Part shown: positions 1 through 13,048 of the stretch, piece after piece
Numbering within the stretch: position 1 is the stretch's first letter
Layout of the letters: each line of letters begins with the position of its first letter
Origin: Octopus sinensis
Taxonomy: Eukaryota
Length of the DNA stretch: 64,000 bases
Direction: 5' to 3'
Assembly (NCBI RefSeq): GCF_006345805.1
Contig: NC_043003.1
Span: 48,856,001-48,920,000, forward strand
Position numbers and translations under genes: made by a program
The notes under the pieces: generated by a model
The model's input: the letters and a program-made list of their open reading frames with translations, nothing else
The model's database searches: none
Told to the model about the DNA's origin: nothing

Positions 1-59
1 TATGTGGCATGATAACAGTAAATATATCACAAAATATGCCTAATGAAATTACATAAACT

Positions 60-310
60 GCACCTAAAATCTGTTACATGAACCTGACGTACAAAAACTA
101 TTGAAAGGACAAAGATTTAATATAAAAACCCACGTAAAATGCAACAAAAAATTCATCACATCCAATCATAAATTAAAACTAATAATATACTACAAAAGCA
201 AGAAAAACTAAACTTTCCTTATTAATATCACACCAAAACTCAAGAACAAACTGTGGAAGATAAATGGGATTTATATGTGTAAAACTTCAGGAAGTTGTAA
301 ACTTTAGGAT
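60..310 (+). mobile_element. Degenerate Penelope-like element ORF fragment (thumb/linker to GIY-YIG start)
   Basis: Translates with frameshifts to ...KFITSNHKLKLIIYYKSKK...IYMCKTSGSC, resembling the KLIIYYK linker and start of the GIY-YIG domain of Penelope/Poseidon elements. Recognised by eye only. Confidence 0.35.
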
Positions 311-372
311 ATTAGCAGTTACATTGGCCAACACTTTTATCTAGCTCACCATGAAAGGATGGCTTAGTGATA

Positions 373-411
373 GAAATGGTTATACGAAATGGTTATACAA
401 AATGGTTATAC
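373..411 (+). repeat. 13-bp tandem repeat x3 (RAAATGGTTATAC)
   Basis: gaaatggttatac gaaatggttatac aaaatggttatac, directly before a SINE head. Confidence 0.9.
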
Positions 412-413
412 AA

Positions 414-652
414 AAGGTGGCGAGCTGGCAGAAACGTTAGCACGCTGGGCAAAATGCTTAATGGTATTTCGTCTGCCGTTACAATCTGAGTTCAAATTCC
501 ACCAAGGTTAACTTAGCCTTTCATCCTTTCAGGGTCAATTAAATAAGTACCAGTTACTCACTGGGGTCGATGTAATCGATTTGATCCCTTTGTCTATCCT
601 TGTTTGTCCCCTCTATGTTTAGCCCCTTGTGGGCAATAAAGAAATAAGAAAT
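414..652 (+). mobile_element. tRNA-derived SINE, family A (AAGGYGGCGAGCTGGCAGAA... head)
   Basis: B-box-like GAGTTCAAATTCC, central GCCTTTCATCCTTTCRGGGTC...AAGTACCAG block and AAAGAAATAAG tail. Further copies near 19060-19450, 26155-26390 (+) and 27040-27600 (-). Confidence 0.8.
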
Positions 653-659
653 AGTTATT

Positions 660-812
660 TGACGGGGTGCTGAAAAAGTTCTTGGTTTTAAGGGTATTGT
701 GAAAGGTCTTCTGAGTTCTTTTTACAGGGCTTAGAAAAAGTGAAGGACCACTGCAATAAGTGTGTGAATCTGAAAGGGGAATATGTTGAGTAAAATCGTA
801 ATTAACTGATCC
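660..812 (+). mobile_element. Tc1/mariner 3' fragment
   Basis: Encodes ...GLEKVKDHCNKCVNLKGEYVE*, like the mariner transposase C-terminus. Confidence 0.55.
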
Positions 813-829
813 TCTTATATATTCAGAAA

Positions 830-1093
830 CATGACTTTCAGAAACATTTTTTCACGCTAAGAGTTGCTGAAGTATGGAACAAACTGCCAGCATCAGTTGT
901 TAGTTGTCGGAGCACTGCATCCTTCAAAACTTCCATGCTTCCTGAGATTTGCCAACACTACACCTGATTTTCTCCCCTCCATACCACATGCAAGCATGTA
1001 TCTGACTCATACATTGTTCGCTTTCCAGACATTTGTACATTACTGCATATGCTTTATATGCACTTTTGACAAGTTGTGGTGTATACAATAATT

Positions 1094-1175
<82 letters not shown>

Positions 1176-1240
1176 GTACTGTATACAATAATTTCATTAT
1201 TATTATATTATTATTATTATTATATTATTATTATTATTCT
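830..1240 (+). mobile_element. CR1/L2-type LINE 3' end with (ATT)n tail
   Basis: Homologous to the 3' end of the LINE at 45350-45562 (catgactttc.gaaacatttttt...gttgctgaag.atggaacaaactgcc...ctacacctgatt), followed by (TTA)n. Confidence 0.8.
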
Positions 1241-1565
1241 TTTAGCCAAAACCAGGAATTTTTCAGCACTTCATCATAGTGTTGAAAAGTCCTAAAGTTT
1301 TTAGCATCATCATCCTCTACTTTCATGTTCTCTGTATGCTCTATTTCAAATCTGTCTGGAATCAACTTTCATCTAAAAGAAAAATAAATTGTTGCCAAAA
1401 AACAAAAAAAAATTGTAGCAAAAAAAAAAAACATTGTAGTCTTACATTTTACTGTTGCAATGCAAGAAATTGTTTTTTTTTGTTTTGTTTTATGTTGTTG
1501 CTTTTATAATTTTATTTTCACTTCTAATTTTAAATTATTTCTGTTATCCTCAACTATATTTTCAG

Positions 1566-1630
1566 TGTGTATATACTTATAGCCGTTTCTGCATTGTTGT
1601 TAAGCTTCTTAGGTGCAATGGCAAACGTTG
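1566..1630 (+). CDS. GH18 chitinase-family gene, signal-peptide exon (VYILIAVSALLLSFLGAMANV)
   Basis: Acceptor ttttcag at 1565 and donor GTGAGT at 1631. 65 nt, stop-free, hydrophobic; its terminal G joins the AA at 14922 to give GAA in frame. Start codon must lie in an upstream exon not identified. Confidence 0.7.
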
Positions 1631-1867
1631 GTGAGTCTTTTATACATTGCTCTAAGCATTTTGGTGTTATATGTCTGTTTGCCTGTTTGCCTGTCTGTCT
1701 GTTTGTCTGTTAATTTGTCTGTATGCCCGTCTGAATGTATGTATATCAGATTAGGGCCATCGTACTTAATGAGGCAAAGAGAAAAATCAGATTAATTAAT
1801 TAATACCATTATTTTTCATATGGGTCACATCCTCTGTGTAATTTTCTGTATATATTTTATCCTTCAC

Positions 1868-2276
1868 TTGCTTCAGTCATTGAATTGTGGCCATGTTGGA
1901 GCACTATCTGGAAGGGTTCAGTTGAACAATTCAACCCCAGTGTTTATTTTTAAGCCTTGTGCTTATTTTTCAGTCTCTTTTGCTGAACTGCTAAGTTATG
2001 AGGATGTAAATGAACCAACACTGGTTGTCAAGTGGTGGAGGAAATGAACACGCATACACACACACTCACACACACACACACAAACACACACACACATATA
2101 CAGGCAAAGGGCTTCCACACAATTTCTACCAAATTCCTTCACAAAGCATTGGTTGGCTCAGGGCTATAGTAGGAGACACTTACCCAAGGTGCCATTCAGT
2201 GGAATTGAACCCAAAACTAGACGGTTCCAAAATGAGCTTATTAACCACACAGCTATGTCTACACATTTACCTATGC
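1868..2276 (-). mobile_element. tRNA-derived SINE, family B (central (TA)n/(TG)n microsatellite)
   Basis: Reverse complement of the unit seen at 5396-5820. Consistent with described octopus tRNA-SINEs (OK/OR types); family name not verified. Confidence 0.75.
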
Positions 2277-2934
2277 ATAAATTAGTTAACATCTTGTATA
2301 CTAAAAGACATTAATTGTTTCTTTTGGTACAACTATCAAAGAAAAAGAGGAAATAATTTCAAGAAATTAAGAATTAATCTCTCCAAGTTAACTTACATTC
2401 TTAAGAGAAAATCTGATCTATGTTGGCAAGTGACAACTATGGGTATTTATACAGATATTCTATAGAAACCTCAACAAGTGTTGTAAAGTGCACTGCTAAC
2501 ACAGTAGAACATAAAATTGACTTATAAAAACTTTTAGTATATTTTATAGTATATTTTAGTTGCGTAATGAAATATCACGTCCCTACAAGTCATTAATAAC
2601 TGTTTTGATCTATTAGATCTGTTTTGATCTAGTAGATCTCATCAGCTAAGATTATATCTTGGCCTGCTTTATCAATCAAGATAAGAGTTATAGATAGTTT
2701 TTAGCCAGTATTATTTGTATAATCAAAGAAAAAGAAAATAAAAACTAAGGGAGATAATTCAAACAAAAGCACTCCAAGAGCGCAAACCTCTGCCAAGGCA
2801 ACACCAACATCTTCTCAATGATTAACCAGAGGTGATTTTTAAAATGTGAATATCTGAAATAAACTTGATTGCTCTCACAAATGAAAATACTGAAAATAAA
2901 CCCGGCCACTCTCAAAAATTAAGTAAAAAAAAAA

Positions 2935-3132
2935 AGCAGAAAAATGATCTAGCATCCTTGTGCGGTATTGGATTGATCCCAAAATCTACTCAGTCCATGC
3001 CAGTCATGAGGCCAAACATCCCTGAAAGTTTCATCTGAATCCATCCAGCAGTTCTTGAGATATCTTGTCCACGGACAAACAAACAAACACGACTAAAAAC
3101 AATACCGCTGCCTTCGCTAAGGCGGAGGTTAT
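2935..3132 (+). mobile_element. DINE-1/HINE-like (Helentron-associated) element 3' part
   Basis: (ACAA)n microsatellite, then AAAACAATACC and a terminal stem-loop GCCTT-cgct-AAGGC; architecture typical of HINEs. Confidence 0.45.
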
Positions 3133-3134
3133 AA

Positions 3135-3263
3135 GCCTATAGCTTGGAACCCAGACAACCAAAGAAAGCCATCAGGGAAATAGGCGCAGCAGCTGAAACT
3201 AGCTCAAGGTGGCGATGGTTGATAAGAGACTGCAAGTGGAACCCTTCCGTAGGTGAAGACTAG
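3135..3263 (+). mobile_element. Possible Hero-like (RLE-type) LINE C-terminal fragment
   Basis: Translates AYSLEPRQPKKAIREIGAAAETSSRWRWLIRDCKW...*, resembling the AExSSRWLW C-terminal motif of Hero elements; from memory of the family only. Confidence 0.35.
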
Positions 3264-4189
3264 CTCATTCCTTGCCCCACTTGAGTGAAATGTATAGGCT
3301 AATGGGTGAAATGCTTGTGACCCTGAGATGTCTGCTGAGTATATGGAAGGGTTTCTGGCATTGCACTGGATTTAGAAGAGTTTGCTTACCTCTGTTGCTT
3401 CTGCATGGGACAAAGCATCTCTGATGGTTCTTTCACTCATAATAAAATATTAAAAATCTATTAAAAACCTAAAGGAAATAGTTCAAATTAGCTTATAGCT
3501 TGGATTGAGATTAATCACATATATATAGCAAGAGATGTACAGAAAAATGTGGACAATTAAATTCTTCATTAACTGAAATTGCTTTCTTAGAGAAAGGAAA
3601 TGAAAAACACAGTTTCAAATTTAATATACATGATTAAAAGAAAGTCTGACCTTTTAAGCTGGCAAGGGGAACAACTATAAACATATTTCAGGCTTATTAG
3701 ACTTTATCAGTATAGTATAGTCTTCTTAAATCTGTCTTATCATTGACTTAGATTTGTATGATTCAGTGTATGAATACATGCATGTATGTACGATATATGT
3801 TTTGCTTTGTTTTATTTCTTTTTTTTTAAATTTTTTTTTCTGTTGAGAGTTAATTTATTGAACCAATAAAATTCTTTTATTACTATTCATACAAACAACA
3901 ACAGTATTGCTGTTTAACCCTTAACATTCAGATTATTCTGTCAAATTTAATGCTTATATATTCATGTTATTTTGGATTAATCATGCATAATCTCATAGCT
4001 CTGAGATTTCAATGGTATGATAGTTTATTTTTAGAATGACATTGCAGGGTAAGTGTGATATGGCTGATTTGAAAAGAGGTAGAATATTTTGGCCAGAGAT
4101 GGCCAGTTTAAATGCTAAAGGGTTTATCCTAGGTCTGGCCTGATCCAGGCATTTTATTGTGATCAGAGGCATTCAAACCATTCTTTTAT

Positions 4190-4411
4190 TCTTTTACTTG
4201 TTTCGGTCATATTGACTGCATCCAAGCTGTAGCACCAGCTTTTTAGTCGAGCAAATCGACCCCCAGGACTAATTCTTTGTAAGCCTAGTACTTATTCTAT
4301 TGGTTGCTTTTGCCGAACCGCTAAGTTACTGGGACGTAAACACACCAGCATCGGTTATCAAGCAATGCTGGGGGGACAAACACAGACACACAAACACATA
4401 CACACACATAC

Positions 4412-4448
<37 letters not shown>

Positions 4449-4625
4449 CACACACATATATACGACGGGCTTCTTTCAGCTTCCATCTACCAAATCCACT
4501 CTCAAGGCTTTGGTTGGCCTGAGGCTATAGTAGAAGACACTTGCCCAAAGTGCCACGCAGTGAGACTGAACCCGGAACCAAGTGGTTGGTAAGCAAGCTA
4601 CTTACCACACAGCCACTCCTGCACC
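4190..4625 (-). mobile_element. tRNA-derived SINE, family B
   Basis: Well-preserved reverse complement copy including head (AGGAGTGGCTGTGTGGTAAG on -), central (TA)n and 3' part. Confidence 0.85.
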
Positions 4626-5395
4626 TGAACATTTTTCTTCCGTTTTTTTCAAACTGTGTACTAGGGTACTAGGCTTGCAATCATAAGGTTTGTAGGTTCG
4701 CATCATTGGCTAGGCAGCATTATGGATCTTTGTGCAAGGTGCTTCATTTCACATTGCTCCTGTATACTCTGCTGAAAATGTATTGTAGCCAGGTGCTGAT
4801 GTGATCCCCTCACTTCCACCTGTCACATCCTGGTTGTGTTGCTGAGATGGGAGGGCTCTGAACGTCTCTCTTCCCTTTAGTAACTGAAATAATTAGTAAG
4901 TAACTGAGAAAAACATGGTTGTTGCTACTATATCATATTTACTTGTGAGTGATGGCTAGCGTTGATAACTAAAGCAATATTATTTGATGTGCACTATCAT
5001 TTTTAAGATTGCAAAGAATGATCTAAAGGATATTTAGCAGCTATTTCTAGTAGATGAAGTAACCAGGAAAAGTTTCTATTGTTGACTCAATAAACAACTT
5101 TGCAGAGTCACATGATTAGTCCACATTACTCTTTAAGGAGCATAAGGCAAGTTTCCCAGTTTTTCTGGCATATGTAGTCCTCCTTGAATGGGATGCTGGT
5201 CCATCATGGAGTTACTCATTTTTACCAGCTGATTGCTCCAGAACGCAGCACATTGCCCAGTCCAGGAATTGAAACTACAGTCTTATAATCATGAGTCTGT
5301 CACCCTAACCATCAGACCATGTGCCTCCAATGTAAAGTCACACATTCAACTTCAATATAGTCTTGGATAGACATTGGATTTTTAGAATGTGAAGG

Positions 5396-5523
5396 TAGGA
5401 GTGGCTGTGTGGTAAGGAGCTTGCTTTTGAACCACATGGTTCTGGATTCAGTCTTCTACTATAGCCCTGGGCCAACCAAAGCCTTGTGAGTGGATTTGGT
5501 AGACGGAAACTAAAAGAAGTCGG

Positions 5524-5609
<86 letters not shown>

Positions 5610-5820
5610 TTGTGTGTCTGTGTTTGTCCCCATCAACATTGCTTGACAACCGATGCTGGTGTGTTTGCATCCCCATAACTTAGAAGTTCGGCAAAAGAGA
5701 CCAATAGAATAAATACTAGGCTTACAAAAATTAAGTCCTGGGGTTGATTAGCTCGACTAAAGGCGGTGCTCCAGCATGGCCACAGTCAAGTGACTGAAAC
5801 AAGTAAAAGAGTAAAGAGTA
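5396..5820 (+). mobile_element. tRNA-derived SINE, family B (reference copy)
   Basis: A-box-like TGGCTGTGTGGTAAG, B-box-like GGATTCAGTC, central (TA)n(TG)n, 3' AAGAGTAAAGAGTA tail. At least a dozen further copies or fragments in the window. Confidence 0.85.
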
Positions 5821-6089
5821 GATGTGGAGTCAATGGATTAATTATAGAAGGGGCTGGATATTGAAGGCACATTTTCCCTTTCTATCCAGGTAGCCAAGCT
5901 TTTCAAAGTTACTGATGAAAAAACAAAAATTCTGGAAACATGTCTGTTGTCATAGATGCAAAAATAAATCAGATAATGGAAGAACTACAGCATTAGTGAT
6001 AATTCATTCATAGTGAAAGTTACGTTTGCTTAACAACGATGATGATAATAAAGTTGGTAATGATGATAGTAAACATCATCACCATCACC

Positions 6090-6540
6090 ATCATCATCAT
6101 CATCATCATTATCATCATTATTTAACGTCCGCTTTCCATGCTAGCATGGGTTGGACAATTTGATTGAGGACTAGCGAACCAGATGACTGCACCAGGCTCC
6201 AGTCTGATCTGGCAGAGATTCTACAGCTGTATGCCCTTCCTAACACCAACCACTCTGAGAGTGTAGTGGGTGCTTTTATGTGCCACCGGCACGAGGGCCA
6301 GTCAGGTGGTACTGGCAACGGCCACGCTCAAATGGTGCTTTTTATGTGCTGCTTGCATAGGAGCCAGTCTAGCGGCACTCGCAATGACCTCGCTCGAATG
6401 TTTTTTCATGTGCCACCAGCACAAGTGCCAGTAAGGCGATGCAGGTAACAATCATGCTTGAATCGTGCTTTTTACATGCCACCAGCACGGAAGCAAGTTT
6501 ATTGCTCTGGCAACGATCATGCTTGGATGGTACTCTTACT
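6090..6540 (-). mobile_element. RTE LINE 3'-UTR fragment with (GAT)n tail
   Basis: Reverse complement of the RTE 3' end at 23800-24106 (ggcgttaggaagggcat...ccaacccatgctagcatggaaa.cggacg), with several GTGCCGGTGGCAC-type modules. Confidence 0.75.
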
Positions 6541-9500
6541 GCTCAGTGATGATGATGATAATTATAATAATAATAATAGTAGTAGTAATAATGATGGCAA
6601 TGGTAATTATAATAATTGTTTCTAATTTTTGGTACCAGGAGAGAAGTTTTAGAGATAGGAACTTATACCAACCCCAATGCCCACTTTGGTACTTATTCTA
6701 TTGATTCTGAAACGGTTAAGGGCAAAAATATTCTCAGTGGGATTTGAACTCAGAATGTAAAGCTGAAAATGTTGCTGAGCATTTTGTCTTAAGTCACTAA
6801 TGATTCGACCAGCTTGCTGCCTTGATGATAATTATGACAGTTTCAAATTTTGGTAGAAGGCCAGCAATTTTAATGTGATGGGGAGAATTGATTACATCAA
6901 CCCCTGGTCCCAACTGGTACTGTTTTATCAACCCTGAAAATATGAACGGCAAAGTTGTCCTCACCAGAATTTGAACTCAAGATGTAAAGATCTGGGAGAA
7001 ATTCTGCTAAGCATTTTGTTTGATCTGCAGCTTTGCTGTCTCAATGATAATTATAATAATGATAATTATAACGATATTAATAATGGTGATAGTGTTTTGA
7101 CAGTGTCATCTAGAATGTTGAACAGGATGATAATGACAATAATGATTTTAAGATGATGTAATCTTTTGTCCTCTAAAACTGACACACTACTTGCTTTTAT
7201 TGTTAAATTATTCTCTTCTTTTCTGTCTCTCATGCCTTTTTTACATCACTCTCTCCTCTCTCGCTTCCTCTTCTTTTACTTCCTCTTTCCTCTCTCACGT
7301 CCTCTCTCCTCCTCTCTCCTCTCATTTCGTCTATCCTCTCTCTTTCTCTCTCACTCTCTTACTTTCTCTCAAACTGAACAAGGAGGTTGGGAATTATCAG
7401 GACTTTGTCCAAGGCACATAACTAAATAGCAATGACAGTAGCTATCCGTCCAACTCTGCTGTCACAACTCCACACACCAATAGTACAATCTGCATCACAG
7501 AAATTATTGCCACCATTCACATAACTTTGTTACTTGGTAACCAAGACAGGGAATGTTCTGGGACAACACAGTCTCAAATAATGACAGTTTAGTGAATGTA
7601 GTTGAATAAATGCAATGTAGTTTAAGCTCTGATAATATAATGTCTTCTGATTAAAATGAGTCAGGATGAATGTCGATAAGAAAATACAAAGGCAAGTTAA
7701 AGTTGACTGCACAGCAACATTTATTTCTGATACTAAAGTGAAATACATCAACTGGCACAACAAGTGGAACTCTGTTAAAAACATTATATGGTTTCAAAAT
7801 GTTTCTCAGAGTTTAGGATAAATGTTAGAAGAAATGCAAAGCATAGAGTCAAGGATTCTGGTTACAATTCTCTTCTTGTTGAAGCAGCAAAGTGAAATAA
7901 ACTGCTCTCATATTGAAGATCTAACTTGCTCTTAGCAATTCACCTCCCTCAGGAATTAGGGGGAAAATCTTCCTTAAATAGCTGATGTAGGGATGTTTGG
8001 TTAGCCTATCACGTTAAGGGGTGGACAGTCCATGTAAAGACTAAATGGATTTGACCATCACCTGATAAGCCCAAATGGGTATCTAAAAGTCAAGAGGCAA
8101 AATGTGGATAGCTAAAGGGAAAGAGTGAACATGCTTCTGCTACAACAGTAACCATCATTCAACCTATGCTGCTGTGGATTGCTAGAATAATTTGGAGCAT
8201 TGGACAAAATACTTAGATATTTAGTTAGAGTCGTCTACATTCTGAATTCAAACCTCAGGATTGTCAATTTTACTTTTTATCCTTCTGTGGATAAATAAGG
8301 TACAAGTGCTGATCTCTAATTGTGGAGGGAACATGTAGAAGGGGTAGACCTAGGGAGACATGAGACAAAGTGGTAAGAAAAGATCTTCAGATATTGGGCC
8401 CCATAGAGGGAATGATAACAGACCGAGACTCCCGGAGATTTGTTGTGCTTGAGAAGACATATTAAGCTAAGTAAAATCATATGTGTCCTTGCATACAGGT
8501 ATGTTCCCTATATCCATCTTCAGCTGAGTGATCCTAACCTCGTGGACTTGTGGGTACTGATGCCATATTAGAAGCATCCATGCTGGTGCCACATAAAAGT
8601 GCTTGTGTTGGTGTCACATAAAAGCACCTAGTATACTCTGTAAAGTGAGTGGCGTTAGGAAGGGCATCAAGCTGTAGAAACCATTTCAAAACAGACATGG
8701 AACCTAGGCAGCTCTTCCACTGGCCAGCTCCTGTCAAACTGTACAACCCATGCCAGCATGAAAAACAGATGTTACATGGTGACAATGTCAAGTAATGGAG
8801 TCAGTTTAGCATTGTGTATTATATTCTTGTGGCATTAGGAAGGACATTCAGCTGTAAAAAACCATGCCCAAGCAAACACTAGAGATTGGCACTGTCTTCT
8901 GACTTGTCAGCTCCTGTCAAATTATTCAACATATACCTGCATGGAAAACAGATGTGGACCATTACCAACTCTATACTATCACAGCCTTTTCTCAACTATT
9001 AGTACAGTCCCATCACTGTATTACCTCCCTTGTTACTTGTTAAGTGAAGTAGTGAGGTAAGATCTGTTGTTCTTGTCCCAAGGACATCATAATAGCTTGT
9101 AACAGTTGTTGTCAATCTCTCCATCTTTACAGCCAAATCGCCAACATTACAACCATCCTACACCATCAACATTATAACCACTGTTGCAGCTTTACATCTC
9201 CCAGTTACTTGTTCTGTAGTCAGATAAATGAATCAGTAGAAGATTTACCTTTCATTCAGTTTTTGTTGGGAGACCAGAGCGAAACACTGTCTCTCAAAAA
9301 CTTCTCAGAGCTTAGGAGATATTGACATCACATTACTGTTGCTTTTTCCAGCTCTCATCATCATCATCATCATTGTTGTTGTCATCATCATTATTTTATC
9401 TCATTTTTTCACGTTAGCAGGGCTAGATAGATTTATCTCAGTATTTTGCTGCTTGCTTCAGTCTTTTACCATCTGGTGCAACCTGCATCAGAGGAAATTG

Positions 9501-10052
9501 GTCATCTTTGTTGTGCATGTCAGATTTTTGGTTTAGTTTTTATGACTGGAAGACCTTCCTGTCTATCATTATCCATATCACAGCATGTACTGGGTGCATT
9601 GTATCATGTTACCCAAACTAGAGAGCCTAGTCGTTTATGGCTTTATGTCCAGAGCAATCGCTACCTTATGTCAGTGTTGGAGTCCACATCTCTCGCATTT
9701 CTTCATTAAGATTTTTAGATAAGCATTGGAAACCAACAAAGAAAATATATATATGCCACATTCATTTTTGTGATGCATGATGTGTATATATTTATATTGG
9801 GTGTAGGCTGAACAGAGTGTGTTGAAGAGTAGTGCTTTTGTCAATGATATATAATAAAACTAATACTTATAACTTGTGTTGGTGTTCACAGGGGATGAAT
9901 TGATCTAACTCCAATTAGTGACTCAACAACTGTCATAAACAAAAGCTGACCATATCTAGCAATCATAGCCTCCTGGTGCAGAGATTGTTAACACCAGCAA
10001 CATAATATTAGCCACTGATTACCTCAGCTGATTGTCTAGCACCTGCTGAAAT

Positions 10053-11224
10053 AATTAGCTTCAGGCAGTTGGAACTTTCTCTACTATGTCTAATATTGAT
10101 AATAGCAATTAGCATTTTTTTTTGTCAAAAGCAATGAGCTAAAAGAGATATGGTTCATTAAATTTCCATGCCAACATGTGTACAATATTGTATATCTATT
10201 TAGGGATTCTCTCATCACTGCTTCAACACATACAGTGAACTCTATTCTTCACTGAGGAGGTCCAATGAGGCTGAAACATATTCAGTTGTTTCCAGTTACT
10301 TGCTGAAATTATCAAAATAGTACCAGTGTTGGGATTAATGTTACCTTTTCTCCACAAGTTATTACATATTTAGTGTTAACCACATTAAACATATTCACAA
10401 TACCTGAATGTTTTAAAAATGAGTTAATATTAAGATATTTAATGTAGCTAAAATCACATATTTAACTAAAAAAGATTATGTAATTAGACAAAATAATAAG
10501 TCACTGACTTGATTCTTGTAACAATTAAGGGAAACAGCTCTGGACATATTTCCATTTTTATTGAACTTCAGTGAAGCAATTAACTTCACCAAATCAAACA
10601 TTATTAGTCAATGATTAATATTGATTTTTTTTTATCATCACATAAAAAAAGGTGCATTGAAAAGGTTAACACTAATTTTCTATAGTTATTTTCATGCTGA
10701 TGTCATTGAAAAGTAGGTTATTCTATGAACATTTTTCATATGTGTTATAGAATTGTGTTTCATCTAGGTTTTAAATTCAGCTGCTTCTTCCATTCACACC
10801 CAGGCTTAACGATGTGATTACTATAAATTTATGCATGCATGTATGCATAAATATATGTGTTTGTATATATGTGTGTGTATATACGTCATCATTGCCCTCG
10901 ATATTTTAGAAGTCTCTATGCTCAACCTGCTTGAATTTGCAGTGAAATTTATCTCAAATTTCAAGCTATTTTGAAAAAAAAATTCATCATCATCATCAAT
11001 TAGCTTCAGGCAGTTAGAACTTTCTCTGCTATATCTAATATTTGATAATAGCAATTAGTATTTTCTTTTTCAAAAGCAGTGAGCTAAAAGACATAGGATT
11101 CATTAAATTTCCATGCCAACATGTGTACAATATTGTACATATATTTAGGGATTCTCTCTTTGCTGCTTCAATGCATACAGTGAACTCTATGCTTCACTGA
11201 GGAGGTCCAATGAGGCTGAAACAT
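10053..11224. repeat. Two direct copies of a 227-bp segment (10053-10279 and 10998-11224)
   Basis: Both run from aattagcttcaggcagtt to gaggctgaaacat with scattered substitutions. Confidence 0.9.
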
Positions 11225-11709
11225 CATCCTTATCATCATCATTGTCATCGTCATCTTTGTTTAATGTCCACTTTTCCATGCTTGCATGGGTTTGATGGAG
11301 TCTGTTGAAGCAGATTTTCTGCAACTGGATGCCCTTCCTGTTGCCAGTCTTCACCTGTTTTCAAGTGAGGTAATATTCTTCATGATCAGACATGTATTCA
11401 CAGTTGACTGAAAACAAATGACACCACTTGCTTGACAGAGAGCATTGTTTACAACCATCAACATGAAGTCCAGGAAAGGAGACAGTAACACATACATGCA
11501 CACACATAAATACAAAAATACAGGCATGGCTGTGTGGTAAGTAGCTTGCTTTCCAACCACATGGTCCTGGGTTCAGTCCCACTGCATGGGCACCTTGGGC
11601 AAGCATCTTCTGCTATATCCTTGGGCCAAACAAAGCCTGTGAGTGGATTAGGTAGATGGAAACTGAAAGAAGCCTGTCATATATATATATATATATATGT
11701 ATGTATATA

Positions 11710-11740
<31 letters not shown>

Positions 11741-11860
11741 GTATATATTTGCATATGTGTGTGTCTGTTTGTCCCCCATCCATTGCTTGACAACTGATGT
11801 TAGTGTGTTTATGTCCCCATAACTTAGTGGTTCAGCAAAAGAGACCAACTAGCCCTACTA

Positions 11861-13048
11861 AGTTAGTTAGTTAGTTAGTTAGTTAGTTAATTTGGCTCAA
11901 AAGCAAATAGCAAGGCCATGTAGGGGGACATGGAGTTAAGTACAGGGTGGTGTTCATGTAAAGAGTTCAGGCCACTTGAGGTCCAGGGAGGCTTTGAACA
12001 AAGCGGTCGTCGGCATCTTCACCATCTCGTCTGGCAGCTTGTTCCACGGATCCGCAACCCGGACGGAGAAAGCTCCTCTCCTTCGATTGAGATGAAATCG
12101 TCGCAGGTAGAGCTTTTCGGAATGACCCCGCAGCCGACGCTCCGGAGCAGGAGTGAAGAACAGCTCTTTCGAGAGGTTACACTTCCCGCTTATGATGTTG
12201 TGGGCGAGAATGAGATCACCACGGCGGCGGCGTTTTTCAAGAGAATAAAGGTCGAGCGTCCTCAGCCTTTCTTCGTAGGACAAATTTTTGAGACCATGAA
12301 CCATGCGGGTAGCCAGCCTCTGGACTCTTTCGAGGTGCTGTATGTCTTTGAGGAGATAAGGAGAAGAGGCTTGAATCCCATACTCCAATATGGGTCTCAC
12401 CAGCGTGACATAGAGTGGCAGGAATATGGCTGCTGTGAGCATTCCGAATGACCGTCGAATCAAAAACAGAATTCCGCGCACTTTGTTGGCAGCATGGACG
12501 CACTGGGCCGAAGGCGAAAAGGAGGAATCCACCAAGATACCCAGGTCCTTTACCTGATCGGTCCTCTCCAGCAGCAGACGACCCGGCTCGAAATCAAGTT
12601 GAGTTGCAGGAGTAGAGCCGACAGGCAGATGACAGCACTTTGACACGTTCAGACACAGGTCCCAATCGTTAGACCACTTCCAAATTTGGTGGAGGCATCG
12701 ATGAAGATCCTCTATACTACCGCGAGGAGCGACCAGTTTGATATCGTCGGCAAATAGAAGGGTGTGTTGCGTGAGGTCGTCGGGCAAGTCATTTATGAAG
12801 ACTAAGAACAACAAGGGCCCAAGCACTGAACCTTGAGGCACGCCACTGCTCGCACTGGAGACGTCGGACCGCGAACCATTAACTTGAACTTGGAAGGAGC
12901 GATCTGAGAGGAAGGCACCAACCCATCGTACAATATCCGGATGGAAACTATATGCTTGAAGCTTGACAAGTAGTAGGCGGTGGTTTACCAAGTCAAAAGC
13001 TTTGGCAAAGTCCAATAAAACGATGTCAACAGCATCACTATCATCGAG
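11861..13048 (-). mobile_element. 5'-truncated CR1/L2-type LINE (RT C-terminal half), (TAAC)n tail, inserted in a family-B SINE
   Basis: ORF 13015-11954: DFAKAFD, GVPQGSVLGP, FADD, RGH...FSVRV motifs, open to its stop; short 3'UTR and (GTTA)n on +. SINE resumes at 13049 (gaataagtc). Confidence 0.95.

Noticed and set aside
10252-10298. CTGAGGA...GAAAC as a functional hammerhead
   Set aside because: A 4-bp wobble stem II is possible, but the sequence after the NUH does not pair with the strand upstream of the core.
11930-12503. ORFs of 173 aa (+) and 88 aa (-) overlapping the LINE RT
   Set aside because: Antisense or alternate-frame shadows of a GC-rich RT ORF with no independent motifs.
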